64,000 bases of DNA from Betaproteobacteria bacterium Ga0077527 (GTDB taxonomy: Bacteria; Pseudomonadota; Gammaproteobacteria; Burkholderiales; SG8-41): NCBI GenBank assembly GCA_001464815.1, contig LNDW01000021.1, forward strand, positions 8,920-72,919. Direction: 5' to 3'. The notes below the pieces were generated by a model, which was not told where the DNA came from, searched no databases, and was given only the letters and a program-made list of their open reading frames with translations. Below, piece after piece: positions 11,357-20,997 of the stretch. Made by a program: the position numbers and the translations under genes. Position 1 is the first letter of the stretch. Each line of letters begins with the position of its first letter.

Positions 11357-11744
11357 ATGTCCTTGGCTTTCCATCCATCCTGCGCGGCGGCACCCGCCAC
11401 CAGGTCACCGCCACCAGTGCAGCAAAGGCGAGGTAGGCCGCCGTGAACACCCACAGCGGCAGATCGTAAAAAAGCAGTGCATGGACCCAGCGTGCGACAA
11501 AACTGCGCTCGGCCACGCCGCCGCGCAGCGCATCCTCGAGCAGGGTCAGCGGACACCACACACCTGCGAGTGCCTCGGCGCTGACAAAGAGGATGGCGAA
11601 CAGATGCAGCGCACGAAATCCGAAATGGCGCACCCAGCGCCAGTTGGCCGCGGCACCGAGCCAGATCAGCGGCAGGCTGCCGGTGATGAACAGCGCGACG
11701 CCAAAATGCACAACGAGGACGAGATCGGCGAGGAGCAGATTCAT
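11355..11744 (-). CDS. DUF2784-like small membrane protein
   Basis: 129 aa with 4 predicted TM helices (MNLLLADLVLVVHFGVALFITGSLPLIWLG…). Confidence 0.6.
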   Translation of the reverse strand: MNLLLADLVLVVHFGVALFITGSLPLIWLGAAANWRWVRHFGFRALHLFAILFVSAEALAGVWCPLTLLEDALRGGVAERSFVARWVHALLFYDLPLWVFTAAYLAFAALVAVTWWRVPPRRMDGKPRT

Positions 11745-11789
11745 TGCGCAGACCCGGGGAGCTGACCCGGGGTCCCGCTCCCTGGCGGA

Positions 11790-12641
11790 TCAGGCGGCCC
11801 CGGTGGCTACCGGACGCCGGCGGTCGCTGACCCATTCGCTCCATGAGCCGGGATAGAGGCGAGAGCCGCCGAGCCCGGCAACCTCCATCGCCAGCAGGTT
11901 GTGGCAGGCGGTGACACCGGAGCCGCATTGATGGATCACCGACTGGGGTGCAGCGCCGTTGATCGTCGCCTCGAACTCTTTTTTGAGCGCGTCCTGCTGT
12001 TTGAAGCAGCCGTCCTCATCGAGGTTGGATTTGAAAAAACGGTTCGTCGCCCCCGGGATGTGCCCGGCCACCGGATCCAGGGTTTCGTTTTCGCCGCGGA
12101 AACGGTCGGCCGCGCGGGCGTCGATGATCTTCGACTGCGCATCCTTCAGTTGTGCCAGCACCTGGCTGCTGTCGACCGACAGCTGGAGCTGCGGTTTGCC
12201 GGCGAACATCGCCGACGGAAACTGCGGCTGCTCGACGGTGTACGGCAGCTTGGCGCGGTTCCATGCAGCCCAGCCGCCGTCGAGCACGGCGACGTTCTGG
12301 TGGCCCAGCCAGCGCATCATCCACCACAGGCGCGCAGCGAAAGGCCCGCCACTGTCGTCATAGGCCACCACCTGCTTGCTGTTGTCGATGCCGAGTGCGC
12401 CAAGGCGCAGGCAGAAGGTGGCCGGATGTGGCAGCGGATGGCGGCCGTTGAGTCCGGTCTTCGGGCCCGAGAGGTCGACGTCGAGGTGCAGGAAGCGCGC
12501 ACCGGGAATGTGGCCGCTGCGATAGGCGCGGTATCCCGCGCTGTAGTCGGCCAGGTCGTGGCGGCAGTCGCAGAACACCCAGGACGGGTCGCGGAGGTGT
12601 TCGGCGGCATCGGTGGCGTTGATCAGTGTGGTGAAAGGCAT
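11790..12641 (-). CDS. sseA: Thiosulfate/3-mercaptopyruvate sulfurtransferase (tandem rhodanese)
   Basis: Start MPFTTLINA…; two rhodanese domains; active-site loop HQCGSGVTAC; …SGHIPGA… motifs. Confidence 0.85.
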   Translation of the reverse strand: MPFTTLINATDAAEHLRDPSWVFCDCRHDLADYSAGYRAYRSGHIPGARFLHLDVDLSGPKTGLNGRHPLPHPATFCLRLGALGIDNSKQVVAYDDSGGPFAARLWWMMRWLGHQNVAVLDGGWAAWNRAKLPYTVEQPQFPSAMFAGKPQLQLSVDSSQVLAQLKDAQSKIIDARAADRFRGENETLDPVAGHIPGATNRFFKSNLDEDGCFKQQDALKKEFEATINGAAPQSVIHQCGSGVTACHNLLAMEVAGLGGSRLYPGSWSEWVSDRRRPVATGAA

Positions 12642-12795
12642 TGCGGCGTCAGGAAAATCCGGAGCTGGGTTTGCGGGAGCGGCAAAGGTAGCAAACGCCG
12701 AACGAAAATCAAGCGCTGAAAACAGCACCGGCAGCCTGACCAATCGATCAATGCTGCCGGTCCGGCATCAGGACAGCCAGGACAAATATTTGTTT

Positions 12796-13923
12796 TTATT
12801 GATTATTTTCAATCTTTGAAGACAGGTGCGGGGCAACTTCACGGCGCAGGAACTGGTGGAAGTGCACCATGCCGTCCTCATAGGGAGTCTGGTACGGGCC
12901 AGCTTCGCTGCGTCCCTGCTTCCACAGCGCGCGGCGGCCCTCTGTCATACGCGCGATGATCTCGGCATCTTCGATCGCGGTTTCGCGGTACGCCGCCTGC
13001 TCGGCCTCGACGAACTCGCGCTCGAACAGCGCGATGTCCTCGGGGTAGTAGAACTCGACCACGTTGCTGCAGGCCTCGGGGCCGCGCGGCACGATGGTGC
13101 TGACCACCAGCACATGCGGATACCACTCGACCGTGATGTTTGGGAAATAGGTCAGCCAGATCGCGCCGTGCGCGGGCTGTTTTCCTTCGTTGTAACGCAG
13201 CAGCTGTTCGTGCCAGCGCTGGTAGACCGGACTGCCCGGACGTGCCAGCCGGTTGGCGACACCGCAGGTCTGCACGCTGTACCAGTCGCCGAATTCCCAG
13301 CGCAGGTCGTTGACGTTGACGAAGCGGCCGAGGCCCGGATGGAAGGGCTCTACGTGGTAGTCCTCGAGGTAGACCTCGATGAAGGTTTTCCAGTTGCAGG
13401 CGTATTCCTCGATCTCGACGCGGTCGAGCATGTAGCCGCTGAAGTCGAGGTTCTTCATCACGCCGAGCGCGGCAAGGTCGCGTGCGATGTCGCGGCGGCC
13501 GGCAAACAGCAGGCCGTTCCAGCGTTGCAGCGGTGTACGCGCGAGGTCGAGGCAGGGTGTTTCCGGAAAATGCGGCGCACCGAGCAGCTTGCCGTCGAGG
13601 CCGTAGGTCCAGCGGTGCAGCGGGCAGATGATGTTCTGCGTGTTGCCGCGATCCTTGAGGATGATCGCCTGGCGGTGGCGGCAGATGTTCGAGATCAGCT
13701 CGACGCCGTTGCTGTTGCGCACCAGAGCCTGCGAGTTGTCGAGCCAGGAGATCGCGTGATAGTCGCCGTTGTTCGGCACCATCAGTTCGTGGCCGACGTA
13801 GCCGGGGCCGCGGTCGAACAGCAGTTGCAGCTCAAGCGCGTGGATCTTCGGATCGAAGTACCAGTGGACCGGGAGTTGCGTTCCCGAGTGAATGAGTGCG
13901 GAAACGCTGGAAAGATCGGACAT
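12796..13923 (-). CDS. Rieske [2Fe-2S] non-haem-iron oxygenase, alpha-subunit-like
   Basis: 375 aa. Rieske ligands CRHRQ…(17)…CPLHRW, with a C-terminal catalytic domain and conserved His/Asp region (EDYHVEPFHPG). Confidence 0.8.
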   Translation of the reverse strand: MSDLSSVSALIHSGTQLPVHWYFDPKIHALELQLLFDRGPGYVGHELMVPNNGDYHAISWLDNSQALVRNSNGVELISNICRHRQAIILKDRGNTQNIICPLHRWTYGLDGKLLGAPHFPETPCLDLARTPLQRWNGLLFAGRRDIARDLAALGVMKNLDFSGYMLDRVEIEEYACNWKTFIEVYLEDYHVEPFHPGLGRFVNVNDLRWEFGDWYSVQTCGVANRLARPGSPVYQRWHEQLLRYNEGKQPAHGAIWLTYFPNITVEWYPHVLVVSTIVPRGPEACSNVVEFYYPEDIALFEREFVEAEQAAYRETAIEDAEIIARMTEGRRALWKQGRSEAGPYQTPYEDGMVHFHQFLRREVAPHLSSKIENNQ

Positions 13924-14131
13924 GCAGCAGGGTGTCTGGGGAGGGGCGGTTGAGCTGGTTGGGGCTGGGTTTTAAGGGCCTGATTCTAAAAGGGTTTTTG
14001 CGTGCCCGACGGACAGCAAAAATGAGGCGCTATTTTTCCCCACACCCCCTCAAAAGGCAACAAGATTTTCCCGACAGTGCGGTGGTGAGCCAGCGATGTA
14101 TTTTTGTAACTCATTGTTTTAATTATTATTT

Positions 14132-14794
14132 TTATCCCTCGCTTGTTGCGAATGAGCCATCGCCGCCGAGCAGGCCGCTCGCCTGCAGGCGCAGCCAGTC
14201 CTGCGGGCGGTCGATGTCCCACAGCGTTTCGAGTTCCTGCCAGCGCAGGCCGCAGTCGCGCAGGCGTGCGCGGGTTTGCGCGAGCACCTGATCGCCGCCC
14301 CAGCTGATGCTGCCGAACAGCCGCGGCTCATCACACGAGAGTCCGATCAGCACATAACCGCCATCCTCTGCCGGGAGCAGCACTGCATCGTTGCCAGCCT
14401 CCAGCTGCTTCGCAGCCGCAAGCAGATGCGCCGCGGTCAATGCCGGGCAATCGCTGCCGATGCACAACACGCGTGGTGCATCCTCCAGCGCCGAAGCAAA
14501 GGCGTGGGCGAGCCGGGCACCGAGATCTGCACCTTGCTGCACATGCAGGCTGGCGCTACAACGTGCCGCCGCGGCGATCAACTGCGGATGTGTTGCATCC
14601 GGTGCGCACCACAGTTGCAGCCGCGTTGGAGCCGCGGCGGCCGCGGTGTCGAGGGCATGGTTGAGCAGGCGCAGTTGCGCCGCTGCCGCACCTTCGGCAC
14701 CGAGCAGCGGTATCAGCCTGGTCTTGCTGGCGCCGGGCAGCGGTGCCCTGGCGAAGATCACCAGCGTGAAATCGCCGTGTTCAGCGGCGCGCAT
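14132..14794 (-). CDS. DUF2064/CofC-like transferase (rSAM/selenodomain-associated transferase 1 type)
   Basis: 220 aa. N-terminal VIFARAPLPGASKTRL nucleotidyl-transferase-like motif. Overlaps the upstream GT2 gene by 14 nt. Family assignment is from memory of TIGR04282 and from gene context. Confidence 0.7.
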   Translation of the reverse strand: MRAAEHGDFTLVIFARAPLPGASKTRLIPLLGAEGAAAAQLRLLNHALDTAAAAAPTRLQLWCAPDATHPQLIAAAARCSASLHVQQGADLGARLAHAFASALEDAPRVLCIGSDCPALTAAHLLAAAKQLEAGNDAVLLPAEDGGYVLIGLSCDEPRLFGSISWGGDQVLAQTRARLRDCGLRWQELETLWDIDRPQDWLRLQASGLLGGDGSFATSEG

Positions 14795-15461
14795 AACGTT
14801 GTGCCAGCAGCGCGGGGTCGGCGCCGCGCCAGTAGGCGTAACGCAGCTGCCACATCAGCATGATGGTGCGCCACAGGCCGTGGCGCTCCCAGCGCCGGCC
14901 GGAGGTGATGGCGCGATGGCTCAGGCACAGCGGCGCGCCATAGTGCTTGAGCTGCCGGCACAGCGCGATGTCCTCCATCAGCGGGATGTCGGCGAAGCGG
15001 CCTGCCGCCTCGAACAGGGAGCGGGTGACAAAGATCGCCTGATCGCCGGTGGCGATGCCGCTGAGCCGCGAGCGCCAGTTCATCATCACGGCGACCATGC
15101 CCAGCAGCGGATGACTGCCGCTGATCTGCACATCAAAACGGCCCCAGCTGCGGCGGCTGCGCGCCAGCCCGTCGCGGATCAGGCCGTCGGCACCTTCGGG
15201 CAGGCGGGTGTCGGCGTGAAGGAAGCACAGGATTTCCTTGCCGGACACCGCGGCGCCGGCATTCATCTGTCGGGCACGGCCGGCATCGGCAGGCAGCACT
15301 TTGTCGGCGAGCGGCCTGGCCAGCACCACCGTATCGTCACTGCTGCCGCCGTCGACGACGATGACCTCGCAGCCGCGCGCGCGTAATGGCGCGAGGGCTT
15401 CAAGCGCGGCGGTAATGCCTTCGGCCTCGTTCAGCGTCGGGACGATGAGGGACAGCGGCAT
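14781..15461 (-). CDS. Family-2 glycosyltransferase (rSAM/selenodomain-associated transferase 2 type)
   Basis: 226 aa with LIVPTLNEA…VIVVDGGSSDDT…, the GT-A DxD-type fold. Context matches TIGR04283-type genes. Confidence 0.75.
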   Translation of the reverse strand: MPLSLIVPTLNEAEGITAALEALAPLRARGCEVIVVDGGSSDDTVVLARPLADKVLPADAGRARQMNAGAAVSGKEILCFLHADTRLPEGADGLIRDGLARSRRSWGRFDVQISGSHPLLGMVAVMMNWRSRLSGIATGDQAIFVTRSLFEAAGRFADIPLMEDIALCRQLKHYGAPLCLSHRAITSGRRWERHGLWRTIMLMWQLRYAYWRGADPALLAQRYARR

Positions 15462-15467
15462 GCGGGA

Positions 15468-16298
15468 TCATTTTTTGATGTCATTCAGTGTCCAATCATA
15501 GTCGAGATGGCGCAGTGCGGCCTTGCCCGCGCGCAGGATGTTCTGCTGTTCGGCATTATCGGTAAGCAGGTTCGCGTAACGCCCGAACCACTGCTCGCGC
15601 GAGGTGACCGCGGGTGTCTTGCCGTCGAAACCGCGATAGCCACTCGTCCAGTCGACGCTGAACCACTTGAAGATTTCCGAGACTTCGAGGGTGTTGTCCT
15701 GTGCGTTGTAACGGTTGCGGCTGCGGTCCGACAGGAAGCGCCGGGTCTGTTCCTCGAGCTGGGCATCCAGGCGCGTGGCGACATAGGGCTCCTCGCGCAG
15801 CATCGGGCAGCCGACCGAGGCACAGTTCACCGCGAAGTGTACGCGCGGCTCGTCGTAGGCGCCCGGCTTGCGCAGCGTGTCGTGCTCGATGCCATCGAGA
15901 GAGAACTCGCGGCCGAACAGCGTGAAAAAACGGTCCTTGAACGGGTTGCCGAAGACCTTGCCGAAATCCCAGATCGACTTGATGTTCGGATGACGGGTCA
16001 GTATTTTTTCAATGGTGTAGGCGTTGTAGGCATTGATCAGGAAGGCCATCTGCTGCGGTTTGCTCCAGCCGTTGAACTCGGCCTGGCTGACCTTGGACAG
16101 CGTGGCGAGGTAGGCCCTGAGTTCAGCGCGGTCCTGGCTGAAGCCGGCGTAGCGGACCTGCGAGGATTTGCCGCCGTCGATAAGGACGACGTGTTTTTTG
16201 AGCAGGGCGGACCAGGCTTTGTGGTCGTGGTCGAAGGATTGGGCCAGGCCACCCGCCGGAAAAAACAGTATCAGTAGAGCTAATCCCAAGATTTTCAT
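15468..16298 (-). CDS. DUF547 domain protein (secreted)
   Basis: Signal peptide MKILGLALLILFFPAGGLAQ. …FLINAYNAYT…HFAVNCASVGCP… is the characteristic DUF547 core. Confidence 0.8.
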   Translation of the reverse strand: MKILGLALLILFFPAGGLAQSFDHDHKAWSALLKKHVVLIDGGKSSQVRYAGFSQDRAELRAYLATLSKVSQAEFNGWSKPQQMAFLINAYNAYTIEKILTRHPNIKSIWDFGKVFGNPFKDRFFTLFGREFSLDGIEHDTLRKPGAYDEPRVHFAVNCASVGCPMLREEPYVATRLDAQLEEQTRRFLSDRSRNRYNAQDNTLEVSEIFKWFSVDWTSGYRGFDGKTPAVTSREQWFGRYANLLTDNAEQQNILRAGKAALRHLDYDWTLNDIKK

Positions 16299-16319
16299 GA
16301 TTCTTTCCTTTGAAAGGCT

Positions 16320-16460
16320 TGTTGGCCGGGCGTAGCCCGGCGGCTAGTTACTTTCTCTTGCTTCGCCAAGAGAAAGTAACCAAAGAGAAGGCAACTCTGG
16401 CTCGCCGGTCCTTCGGACTCCCCTGCGCTGCTCAGCGGCTTACAAGGGGTTTAAATTCAA
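16320..16460. repeat. REP-like intergenic repeat element
   Basis: Hairpins gccggg-cgta-cccggc and a 14-bp stem gttactttctcttg/caagagaaagtaac (16347-16380). The sequence resembles a widespread proteobacterial intergenic repeat that yields spurious ORFs (…QEKVTKEKATL…). Confidence 0.6.
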
Positions 16461-16475
16461 AACCGGTGGCGCGAC

Positions 16476-18620
16476 TCATCCTCTTTGCCATGCGTGGAAT
16501 TTTTCCACCCATTCCAGCAATCGTTTCGGCGCATGCGCGCGCTTCCAGTTCCCCGCCACATATTTGTTCGCTTCCGCCAGCGTCGGGTAGATGTGGATGG
16601 TGCCAAGGATCTTGTTGAGGCCGATGCCGTGTTTCATGGCGCTGACAAATTCGGTAATCAGGTCGCCGGCGTGTTCGCCGGCGATGGTGGCGCCGAGGAT
16701 TTTGTCGCTGCCGGGCACGGTGAGTATTTTCACCAGGCCGTGGGCGTTGCCGTCGGCGATGGCGCGGTCGAGGTCGTCGATGCCGTAGGTGGTGATTTCG
16801 TGCGGGATGTTCTTTTCGCGGGCTTCAGTTTCGTTGAGGCCGACGCGCGCAACCTCGGGATCGGTGAAGGTGGCCCAGGGAATCACTGAAAAATCGGCGC
16901 GGAACTTCTTGAAGCCGCCGAACAGGCCGTTGACCGCCGCGTACCATGCGGTGTGCGCCGCGGTGTGGGTGAACTGGTATGGACCGGCAACATCACCGCA
17001 GGCGAGGATGTTGGGGTATTTGGTCTGCATGAACTCGTTGACTTCGACGGTGCGTGCCCTGGTCACCGGGATGCCGAGTTCCTCGAGGCCGTAGCCAGTG
17101 GTGTTGGCGATGCGGCCCACCGCGCAGAGCACGGCGTCGAAAGCGATGCGCAGCGCACCGCCAGCGTGGTCGCAGTAAAGCACCTTCTCACCATTTTCAA
17201 CGGCAAAGCGCTGCGCCTTGTGGCCGGTAAGCACGGTGATACCTTCGCTGCGGAATTTTTCCTCGACCATCGCCGAGATTTCAGGGTCTTCGCGCACCAT
17301 GACCCGCGGCAGCATCTCGACCTGGGTGACCTGTGCGCCGAGGCGTGCGAAGCACTGCGTCAATTCGCAGCCGATCGGGCCGCCGCCGAGCACCACCAGC
17401 CGCTTCGGCAGTGTGCGCAGGTCCCATACCGTGTCCGAGGTCAGCACGCCGACTTCGTCGATGCCGGGAATCGGCGGCACAAAGGGCCGCGCGCCGGTGG
17501 CAATGACAATGCCGCGCGTAGTCAGCGTTTTAGTCAGGCTCTGTTTGCCGGTGGCCGTGGTGATTTCAACAGACCATGGCGAAGTGATTTTGGCCTCGCC
17601 GCTGATGCACTCGACACCCAGCTGGCTGTAGCGCTCGACCGAGTCATGTGGCTCGATGTCGCGGATCACGCGCTGCACGCGTTCCATCACTTCGGCGAAA
17701 TCGAAGTCGACCTGCGTATCCTTCAGGCCGTAATGGCTGGCCTGCTTCATTGTCGCCACCAGTTTCGCCGACTTGATCAGCGCCTTCGATGGCACGCAGC
17801 CGGTGTTCAGGCAGTCGCCGCCCATCTTGTGCCGCTCGATCAGCGTCACCTTCGCCTTCACCGCGGCGGCAATGTAGGAGGACACCAGGCCGGCCGAGCC
17901 GGCGCCGATCACCACCAGGTTGCGGTCAAAGCGCGCCGGCCGGGTCCAGCCGGCGTAGACCTTGCGCGCCTTCAGCACATCCAGCACTTTTTTTGCGATC
18001 AGCGGAAACAGGCCTAGCAGCACAAAGGCGCCTATCAGTCCGGCACCGATCTTGAATGCGCCGAGCTGGGTGCCGGCATAGACATACACCGCGGTGCCGG
18101 CGAGCATGCCGAGCTGGCTCACCCAATAATAGGTCCAGGTGCGGATCGGGGTCAGCCCCATCAGCAGGTTGATCACAAAAAACGGAAACACCGGCACCAG
18201 CCGCAGGGCGAACAGGTAGAACGCCCCCTCCCGCGCCACGCCGTCATTGATCGATTTGAGTTTTTCGCCAAACCGGCCCTGCACCCAGTCACGCAGCAGA
18301 AAACGCGATGCAACAAAGGCGAGCGTGGCGCCGATGGTTGACGCAAACGACACGATCACCAGGCCCCAGAGCAGCCCGAAGATCGCGCCGGCGACCAGCG
18401 TCAGAATCGCGGCACCCGGCAGCGACAGCCCGGTGACGGCGACATAGATCGCGAAGAACAGCAGCGCCGCGCGCAGCGGATGCGCGGCGACCCCGGCCTC
18501 GATCGTGGCGCGCTGGGTCTGGAAATATTCCAGGGAAATGAAGCGCTGCAGATCGAGCGCGAAGAAGGTGATCACCGCGGTGACCACGATGATTCCCAGT
18601 AACATCTTGTTTTTATTCAT
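16476..18620 (-). CDS. TVP38/TMEM64 (DedA-like) membrane domain fused to a class-I FAD-dependent pyridine nucleotide-disulfide oxidoreductase
   Basis: Start MNKNKMLLGIIV…. The N-terminal ~230 aa are multi-TM. Then VVIGAGSAGLVSS, redox-active GGDCLNTGCVPSK, and a dimerisation domain. The track ORF extends 48 codons upstream without support. Confidence 0.85.
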   Translation of the reverse strand: MNKNKMLLGIIVVTAVITFFALDLQRFISLEYFQTQRATIEAGVAAHPLRAALLFFAIYVAVTGLSLPGAAILTLVAGAIFGLLWGLVIVSFASTIGATLAFVASRFLLRDWVQGRFGEKLKSINDGVAREGAFYLFALRLVPVFPFFVINLLMGLTPIRTWTYYWVSQLGMLAGTAVYVYAGTQLGAFKIGAGLIGAFVLLGLFPLIAKKVLDVLKARKVYAGWTRPARFDRNLVVIGAGSAGLVSSYIAAAVKAKVTLIERHKMGGDCLNTGCVPSKALIKSAKLVATMKQASHYGLKDTQVDFDFAEVMERVQRVIRDIEPHDSVERYSQLGVECISGEAKITSPWSVEITTATGKQSLTKTLTTRGIVIATGARPFVPPIPGIDEVGVLTSDTVWDLRTLPKRLVVLGGGPIGCELTQCFARLGAQVTQVEMLPRVMVREDPEISAMVEEKFRSEGITVLTGHKAQRFAVENGEKVLYCDHAGGALRIAFDAVLCAVGRIANTTGYGLEELGIPVTRARTVEVNEFMQTKYPNILACGDVAGPYQFTHTAAHTAWYAAVNGLFGGFKKFRADFSVIPWATFTDPEVARVGLNETEAREKNIPHEITTYGIDDLDRAIADGNAHGLVKILTVPGSDKILGATIAGEHAGDLITEFVSAMKHGIGLNKILGTIHIYPTLAEANKYVAGNWKRAHAPKRLLEWVEKFHAWQRG

Positions 18621-19615
18621 TATTTTTCCTGTGAGGCTTGGAGTGTTCGCAGCAGCATGCCGTTCACCGTGACGCCAGCGCCCATCGCGCGGTTCAGGCC
18701 GTAGCGCGGACCGTTGCGGATGCGCGCGCCATACGACAGTTCGGCGTCGCTGCCGGCCGGCCACTGCGTATCGAATTCTGTCTGCCAGGCAGCGCGGTCG
18801 TAGTGCAGCGGCAGTGCATCGACATGGATGCCGTCAATCACCGTGCCGTACAGCGCAGGCAGTGATGTCGCGGTGGTGGCGATGCGGGTGATCACGCCGA
18901 AGCCGGTGCCGGCGAAATTGGGCATGCCGGCGGCGCCGTTGTTGAACAGCGCGCAGTCGCGGCCATCGGCGCTGAAGCGCAGCGCAATCGGAAGACAGGT
19001 GTGGCTGCTGGCGATCACACGCGCGCGCGCGGCCACGCAGTGCGCGGCGAGGCGGCTGATGCCGGCGGCATCACGCAGCGCAGATTCGTCATAACTCCAG
19101 CCGGCCAGTGATTCGCAGTCGCCGTGCACGATGGCCACGCGCAGGCCGCCGACCTCGGCGACCAGCGTCATCGGCAGCGCGCCCAGCTTTTGGCGCAGCA
19201 CGCTCATGTCACTTGCCGTGCCGCGCAGCCGCGCGAGTATGGCGTTGGAGCGGCCGACTTCCGCCGCGCCAACTGATTCGGGATAACCGCAACCGCAACC
19301 CGCGGCATCATCGTCGCCGGCGAGTTCGGTTTCAACATTGCCGCGCAGCGCGTGGTGGCGCAATACACCGTCGTTGATGTCGACAAAGGCGCCGGCATCG
19401 ATGTTGAACCAGTTGAAGTCGCCGTTGAAGGCAAGGGTGGCGGGCGATGCTTCTTCGGCGGCCATGGTTTCGACGGCGCGCAGCGCAGGGCGGTTGCCGT
19501 AGAGGCCGCCGATCACATACAGCGTGTCGCTGACGATCTCCGGCGCGCGTGCGAGCGAAGTCGCCGCATAGCGGTAATGCAGCGGGCAGCTGCGACCGGG
19601 CTCATGGCTGTTCAT
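18620..19615 (-). CDS. Metallophosphoesterase-fold protein with degenerate metal-ligand motifs
   Basis: 331 aa with YVIGGLYGN / FNGDFN / RGNVE / IVHGD / SSHTC in the order of calcineurin-like motifs I-V, but with several ligand substitutions. TAATG junction with the downstream gene and ATGA junction with the upstream gene. Confidence 0.55.
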   Translation of the reverse strand: MNSHEPGRSCPLHYRYAATSLARAPEIVSDTLYVIGGLYGNRPALRAVETMAAEEASPATLAFNGDFNWFNIDAGAFVDINDGVLRHHALRGNVETELAGDDDAAGCGCGYPESVGAAEVGRSNAILARLRGTASDMSVLRQKLGALPMTLVAEVGGLRVAIVHGDCESLAGWSYDESALRDAAGISRLAAHCVAARARVIASSHTCLPIALRFSADGRDCALFNNGAAGMPNFAGTGFGVITRIATTATSLPALYGTVIDGIHVDALPLHYDRAAWQTEFDTQWPAGSDAELSYGARIRNGPRYGLNRAMGAGVTVNGMLLRTLQASQEK

Positions 19616-20997
19616 CGCGGGCCGCGCAGCCGCTGTAGCGCCAGCGGCAGCAGGAAGCCGGCGATGCAGATCAGCAGGCCGTAAAGATTGGTGCCAAGCA
19701 GCAGCGCGTATTTGCCGTCCCCGATCGCCCAGCTTTGCGGAATCTGTCCCGCGGCGAGCAACACACCGAGGATCACGCCGGGCCAGAAGGCGAGGTGGAA
19801 GCTCGATGGCGAATGTTTCACCAGCGGCGCCAGCAGGAAAATGGGTGCGAGGCCCATCACCATGGTGCCGCTGACCGTGGTGGCCTTGAGGATGTCAGTG
19901 CCGGCGATCATCGGCAGGTTGCCGAGCAGCGCGAAGGCGCACATGGTCCACATCCCAATGAGCATCGCCCGCGGGCCGGGTTTGCGGCCGGCCAGCATTG
20001 GCAGTTCCTGACCGATGGATTTCGCCACCGAGGAGAAAGTTGAATCGAGCGTGGAGCCCGCGGCCATGATCATCACCACCGTCATCAGCAGGTAGGGCAG
20101 CACGCCAAAGGCGCCGGCAACCGCGCCCGGCATGTTGTCACCGGCGGGCAGTCCTTCGAGCCTGGCATGTACGCCAACAAGGCTGAAGGCGAAGATGCAT
20201 GCAAAGCCCAGCACGCCGGCGGTGATCATCGCGCGCAGCATGGTTTTTTCGCGGGTGATGAATCCGCGGTCGGTCAGTACTGGATCGTGGAAGGGATAGG
20301 ACAGCACCTGCAGCAGCGCCACCAGGATCAGGTCGACGCCGGCGTTGAGGCGGAAGTCGCCGTCGGTGAGCAGTGTGCCGAGGCCGTGCTGCGGCAATAC
20401 CAGGAACAGCACCACGCCGAGGACCACCACGAACAGCACCGCCTGGATGACGTCAGTGAAGATCGAGCTGCGCAGCCCGCCCTTCAAGCTGTAGAACAGG
20501 GTGGCCGCGGTGAACAGCAGCGCCGAACCGATGAAAGTCCATTCCCCGGCCTTGCCGTAATAGGCGCCGACCACGGCGGTGTTGCTCCATACCTCGTTGT
20601 AGAGCCGGATCAGGATTGCCAGCGTGAAGGCCAGCGCGGCAAGCCGGCCGTAGCGCTGGATCAGGAAAGACACCATGCCGGTCGCGCCGTGTCGGGTGCG
20701 CAGCCAGTAGATGACCAGCCCTGCGACCGGAATCGACAGCCAGTAAGTGGCGTAAGCCAACCCGCCGACGACGCCCCAGGCCGCGCCGAGGTTTGCGGCG
20801 TTGGTCACCGACTTGGCGAAAATCCAGCTGATGAAGATGCTGCACATCAGCGCCCATTCGGTTGCGGGGCGCCCGGCATCGTCACTGCCGGTAAAAAAAC
20901 TGGCCTCGCTGCGCGCGTTGGGCGAGATCGCATACATCACCCCGCCGTAGAGCAGCAGGAAGCCCCAGAAGTAGATGGCGAAGGCCGGTTCGATCAT
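19612..20997 (-). CDS. Sodium:solute symporter (SSS) family transporter
   Basis: Start MIEPAFAIYFWGFLLLYGG…; ~12-13 TM helices; ATGA overlap with arsS. The track ORF is extended 74 codons upstream into arsS. Confidence 0.75.
   Translation of the reverse strand: MIEPAFAIYFWGFLLLYGGVMYAISPNARSEASFFTGSDDAGRPATEWALMCSIFISWIFAKSVTNAANLGAAWGVVGGLAYATYWLSIPVAGLVIYWLRTRHGATGMVSFLIQRYGRLAALAFTLAILIRLYNEVWSNTAVVGAYYGKAGEWTFIGSALLFTAATLFYSLKGGLRSSIFTDVIQAVLFVVVLGVVLFLVLPQHGLGTLLTDGDFRLNAGVDLILVALLQVLSYPFHDPVLTDRGFITREKTMLRAMITAGVLGFACIFAFSLVGVHARLEGLPAGDNMPGAVAGAFGVLPYLLMTVVMIMAAGSTLDSTFSSVAKSIGQELPMLAGRKPGPRAMLIGMWTMCAFALLGNLPMIAGTDILKATTVSGTMVMGLAPIFLLAPLVKHSPSSFHLAFWPGVILGVLLAAGQIPQSWAIGDGKYALLLGTNLYGLLICIAGFLLPLALQRLRGPR

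Noticed and set aside
16476-18764. N-terminal extensions of track ORFs. Examples: 762-aa versus 714-aa TVP38 fusion; 19612..21219; 7078..9489; 26506..28458; 41924..42943; 44501..45532; 63412..63966.
   Set aside because: The extensions are Arg/Pro-rich, overlap upstream genes and lack an RBS. Internal starts give canonical N-termini and ATGA/TAATG coupling.
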